In this document: one piece after another, positions 60,650 to 64,000 of the stretch | Layout: each line of letters opens with the position of its first letter | Numbering within the stretch: the first letter of the stretch is position 1 | Assembly: GCA_037385045.1 (NCBI GenBank) | Contig: JARRNJ010000023.1 | Location: 13,688 to 77,687 of the forward strand | Length of the DNA stretch: 64,000 nucleotides | Source of the DNA: Gammaproteobacteria bacterium | Lineage (GTDB): Bacteria; Pseudomonadota; Gammaproteobacteria; JASBUN01 | Direction: 5' to 3' | Position numbers and translations under genes: made by a program | The notes under the pieces: generated by a model | Database searches by the model: none | Told to the model about the DNA's origin: nothing | What the model saw: the letters and a program-made list of their open reading frames with translations, nothing else

Positions 60650-61315
60650 TCACACCGGCTCGGCGTGGCCCAGCCGTTCCAGGGACTCGGCGGCGATCTC
60701 GCGCACCTCGGCGTCCTCATCCTGCAGCCGCGGGCGCAGGTACGCCATCGCGGCGTCGCGGCCCGTGAGCCCCAGGTAGTGACAGGCGTCGCTGCGCACC
60801 CGGTGATCCCGGTGGGACGCAAGCCGGCCCAGCCCCGCGGTCAGCCCGGCCAGGGTATCGCTGTCGGCCAGATCCTCGATCAGGGCGCCCACCCCCAGGC
60901 GCACGGTGATGGCGGTTTCCGTGTCTTCGATCAACGGCAGCAGGGCATCGGCCCAGCGCGGTTCGTGTTCCAGCAGCCGCTGCACCTGGGCCAGGCGGCT
61001 GTCCTTGAGTTGCTGGGCGATGTATTCGCTCATGCCTTCCCCCCGTGCGGCAAGCTCGGCCCATTGGCGCAGTTCGGCCGCTGAGTGGAGGCCCTCGAGG
61101 ACGAAGGGTCCGATCCGTATCCAGGGCACCGAGCGCACACCCAGTTCCGCGGCGCGCGCCGGCCGTTCGGCGATATTGACCACCTCCAGGGCACCGATGG
61201 CTCCATCCTTGACCAGCCCGGTGAGGGCCTCCAGCACCTTCGGGCAATAGGCGCAGCCCGGCGCGAGGAGCAGCAGTGCGTCGGGGGACGAGGGCGGGGT
61301 GGGGGTGGTAGCCAT
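60650..61315 (-). CDS. Thioredoxin-like (CAYC) + HEAT-repeat protein
   Basis: APGCAYCP, GVRSVPW (cis-Pro); C-terminal VR.DAC.YLG, L.D...EVREIAAE.L. Confidence 0.82.
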   Translation of the reverse strand: MATTPTPPSSPDALLLLAPGCAYCPKVLEALTGLVKDGAIGALEVVNIAERPARAAELGVRSVPWIRIGPFVLEGLHSAAELRQWAELAARGEGMSEYIAQQLKDSRLAQVQRLLEHEPRWADALLPLIEDTETAITVRLGVGALIEDLADSDTLAGLTAGLGRLASHRDHRVRSDACHYLGLTGRDAAMAYLRPRLQDEDAEVREIAAESLERLGHAEPV

Positions 61316-61419
61316 GGTGTCGCCGGGGTGGGGTCGGGGCCGACAGCGCCCGTGGGGCCGATGTCCAGTATACCAATGGTGAAGCGGCTCACAAGCGGGC
61401 CGCGGGCGGGTGCACCCGG

Positions 61420-62907
61420 TCAGGACGAGCAGCTCACCGCGATGTCCGCAGCCCAGTCGGGTGGCGGGGCGGCGTAGTGGTGCAGATCCGGGTGTTCGTC
61501 GAAGGGCCGTTGGAGCAGGTACAGGAGCCGATCGATCTCCGTGTAGTCCCCCTCTTCCTCGGCCTTGCGGATGGCTATTTCGGCCATGTAGTTGCGCAGC
61601 ACGTACTTGGGGTTGACCTGCTGCATGCGTCGCTGGCGTTGCCGGTCGTCGCTGTGCTCGCGGCGCAGGCGTCGGCGGTAGCGCGCCAGCCAGTCATCGA
61701 GCCGCCGGCGTTCGCGTACCAGGGCGCGCAGTGCCGCGTCACCGCGTCCGTAATCCAGTCCAAGGCGGCTCAAGGTGCGGAAGAACAGTGTGTAGTCTGC
61801 GCCGCAGTCCGCCAGCAGCTGCAGCAGGTCCGCGCAAAGGGTACGGTCCTCGTCGTGGTCGCGCTGAAGCCCCAGCTTGGCCCGCATGTTGTCGGCAAAT
61901 GCCGCCACCAGCGCCGGTTCGTAGCCGGCCAGCGCGGCCTGGGCCCGTTCGGCGGCTCGTTGCGGATCGTCATCCAGCAGCGGCAGCAGCGCCTGGGCCA
62001 GGCAGCTGAGGTTGAACAGCCCGATGGCGGGCTGGCGGTCAAAGGCGTAACGGCCGTGATGGTCGGAATGGTTGCAGACGAGTCCCGGCTGGTAGGCGTC
62101 GAGAAAGCCGAACGGGCCGTAATCCAGGGTCAGGCCCAGGATCGACATGTTGTCGCTGTTCATCACGCCGTGGGCGAAGCCCGCCGCCTGCCAGGCGGCG
62201 ATCAGGCGTGCCGTGCGTTGCACCGCCTGCTCCAGCATCGCCAGACAGGGTGCCGCGCTGTCGCGCAGTTCGGGGAAGTGCTCAGCGATGACATGATCGG
62301 CCAGCTGCTGCAGCCGGTCGAACCGATTGCTGTAGTAGAAATATTCGAAGCTGCCGAAGCGCACGTGGCTGGGCGCCAGACGCACCAGCATGGCGCCGGG
62401 CTCGATCCGCTCCCGGTAAACCTCTTCGTTGCCGCCGATGATGCACAGGGCGCGGGTGGTGGGGATGCCGAGGCCGTGCATGGCCTCGCTGCAAAGGTAT
62501 TCGCGGATGGTGGAGCGCAATACGGCCCGGCCGTCGCCGCCGCGGGAGTAGGGCGTCGGCCCGGCCCCCTTGAGGTGCAGGTCCCAGGTCTCGCCGGCGT
62601 CGTTGCGCACGGTGCCGAGGAGGATGGCGCGGCCGTCGCCCAGCCGCGGCACGTAATGCCCGAACTGGTGGCCGGCGTAGCACATCGCCAGCGGCCGCAT
62701 GCCTTCGAGCCGGCGTTTGCCGCCCATATAGTCGACGAATTCGGGCCGCAGGGCCTGATCCGGCGCGAGATCCAGCAATGCGGCGGCGGACGGGTTGGCG
62801 CTCACCAGGTGCAGGTCGCCCGGCGGCGTCGGATCGACGGGGGTGTGGAAGCCGCCGCGCAGCCCTGCGTACCGGTTGTCGAAGCGGAGCTGTTCCAGGG
62901 ATTTCAT
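61420..62907 (-). CDS. ydiU: Protein adenylyltransferase SelO/YdiU
   Basis: YAGHQFG...LGDGRA, LKGAG.TPYSR.GDGRAVLRS.IRE, HGVMNSDNMS, DYGPFGF, NPKYVLRNY, C-terminal SCSS. Confidence 0.96.
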   Translation of the reverse strand: MKSLEQLRFDNRYAGLRGGFHTPVDPTPPGDLHLVSANPSAAALLDLAPDQALRPEFVDYMGGKRRLEGMRPLAMCYAGHQFGHYVPRLGDGRAILLGTVRNDAGETWDLHLKGAGPTPYSRGGDGRAVLRSTIREYLCSEAMHGLGIPTTRALCIIGGNEEVYRERIEPGAMLVRLAPSHVRFGSFEYFYYSNRFDRLQQLADHVIAEHFPELRDSAAPCLAMLEQAVQRTARLIAAWQAAGFAHGVMNSDNMSILGLTLDYGPFGFLDAYQPGLVCNHSDHHGRYAFDRQPAIGLFNLSCLAQALLPLLDDDPQRAAERAQAALAGYEPALVAAFADNMRAKLGLQRDHDEDRTLCADLLQLLADCGADYTLFFRTLSRLGLDYGRGDAALRALVRERRRLDDWLARYRRRLRREHSDDRQRQRRMQQVNPKYVLRNYMAEIAIRKAEEEGDYTEIDRLLYLLQRPFDEHPDLHHYAAPPPDWAADIAVSCSS

Positions 62908-63038
62908 GCCGGCATGATGGCCGCGCGCCCCCGGCCCATCAACCCCGAATCCGTGCGGGTACTCGGCGCGCTATACTTAAAATTTCCGGCCCCGGGCACC
63001 AAAACTTTCTTTGATCCGGACCAGCGTGAGGAGCGGTC

Positions 63039-63467
63039 ATGACCGAGCGGCAAGTTAAATCCATCACGCCGAAGCAGGCGTCGCAGTTGCTGGAGGACGA
63101 TCCCCGTGCGGTTTTGATCGACGTGCGTTCCAACATGGAGTTTCTGTTCGTGGGCCATCCGCGCGGGGCCATCCACGTGCCGTGGATCGACGAACCGGAC
63201 TGGAAAGTGAACCCCGACTTCGCGCGCGAAGTGCGCAAGGTCATTCTCGGCGGCATCAGCTGCCACGACGATGTGGGCTGCGCCCCCGTGGTTCTCATCT
63301 GCCGCAGCGGCAAGCGTTCCCTGGATGCCGGCGAGGCCCTGATCAAAGACGGCTTCACCCAGGTATACAACGTGCTGGAAGGCTTCGAGGGTGAGCTGGA
63401 CGACAACCATCACCGCAGCACCCAGGGCGGATGGCGTTTCCACGGCCTGCCTTGGGAGCAGTGCTGA
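63039..63467 (+). CDS. Rhodanese-like domain protein
   Basis: LIDVR...E..FVGHP, LICRSG.RS, N...GFEG, GW...GLPW.Q. GAGGAG RBS. Confidence 0.92.
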   Translation: MTERQVKSITPKQASQLLEDDPRAVLIDVRSNMEFLFVGHPRGAIHVPWIDEPDWKVNPDFAREVRKVILGGISCHDDVGCAPVVLICRSGKRSLDAGEALIKDGFTQVYNVLEGFEGELDDNHHRSTQGGWRFHGLPWEQC

Positions 63468-63479
63468 AGCGTGGCCGGC

Positions 63480-64000
63480 TCAGCCCGCTGAAACCCTGCG
63501 GCGGGCGTCGGTCGCTACGGCCGGTGGCGCTGCGGCGCCGGTGGCATCACTCTCCGCTGGACCGCCGTTCAGTTGCTCGACAATCCGTTGCCGAGCCAGC
63601 GCCGCCAGATCCCGACGCGCCGCGTGCCGGCTGGTGAGCGGTTCGCAGAAGTGGAGAGTGACCCGGGTCTCGCGTCGGGCGATGACCGCCAGCAGATGGC
63701 CGACGAAGCCGGCGTCACCGACGAACGCGGCAGCGCGGTCGATACCCCGGTCGTTTCGATAGCGCAACGCCACCGGCTGCACCGGCGCAGCCGTCTGCAC
63801 CGCCGCCTGGAAGAACGCGTTGCGAAACGGACCGACGCTGTCGCCGACGCTGGTGGTGCCTTCGGGAAACACGACCACTCTCTGGCCTTCGGTGAGCAGC
63901 CCGGTGACCGTTTCCAGGCTGTAGGCCAGTCCGCCACCGCTGCGGCGTACGAACACGGTGCCGCACAACGACAACAGGGTGCCGATCAACGGCCAGCCCC
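63480..64000 (-). CDS. Lysophospholipid acyltransferase family protein (5'-truncated)
   Basis: WPLIG, GT.FV.R, VFPEGTT, VQPVALRY, AAFVGD..F..H. Frame runs off the window end. Confidence 0.85.
   Translation of the reverse strand, partial: GWPLIGTLLSLCGTVFVRRSGGGLAYSLETVTGLLTEGQRVVVFPEGTTSVGDSVGPFRNAFFQAAVQTAAPVQPVALRYRNDRGIDRAAAFVGDAGFVGHLLAVIARRETRVTLHFCEPLTSRHAARRDLAALARQRIVEQLNGGPAESDATGAAAPPAVATDARRRVSAG

Noticed and set aside
61283-61357. G-run cluster as a G-quadruplex
   Set aside because: Largely explained by Pro/Thr codons on the minus strand and high GC; no independent support.
61420-61440. Selenocysteine readthrough in ydiU (TGA stop)
   Set aside because: The protein ends in the standard bacterial SCSS with a Cys codon, so the TGA is at the expected terminus.

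Overview
A roughly 64 kb high-GC bacterial chromosomal segment, most likely from a Gammaproteobacterium (gamma-type gshA, fabA-fabB, ycgL, ydiU, DUF3301). It is gene-dense with about 70 CDS. I saw no rRNA, tRNA, CRISPR array, integrase or transposase. Main blocks: (1) the 3' end of spoVR; (2) a SufU-type suf Fe-S assembly operon (sufB-C-D-S-U, DUF59, Rieske ferredoxin) behind two tandem IscR-type operators, followed by a lone nuoI; (3) lipid genes (CDP-alcohol phosphotransferase/HAD/patatin, an orphan TmsA-like FAD reductase, fabAB, an acyltransferase); (4) DNA and nucleotide repair genes (nth, DUF99, SRAP, PolX, photolyase, two NUDIX); (5) a stress/dormancy-like block (CBS, FtsH, BCAM0308/NMD3-like, stand-alone THUMP, HPF-CSD fusion); (6) housekeeping genes (gshA, iaaA, ppnP, ygiQ, purT, tkt, csp, ydiU). 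The best candidates for novelty are an unannotated 55-aa peptide made of a Cle-type Arg-rich (c-di-GMP-binding-like) motif, a putative NMD3-like/THUMP/HPF-CSD ribosome-protection module, the suf-linked orphan nuoI, and several apparently leaderless genes. All family assignments come from motif recognition by eye; no database search was run.
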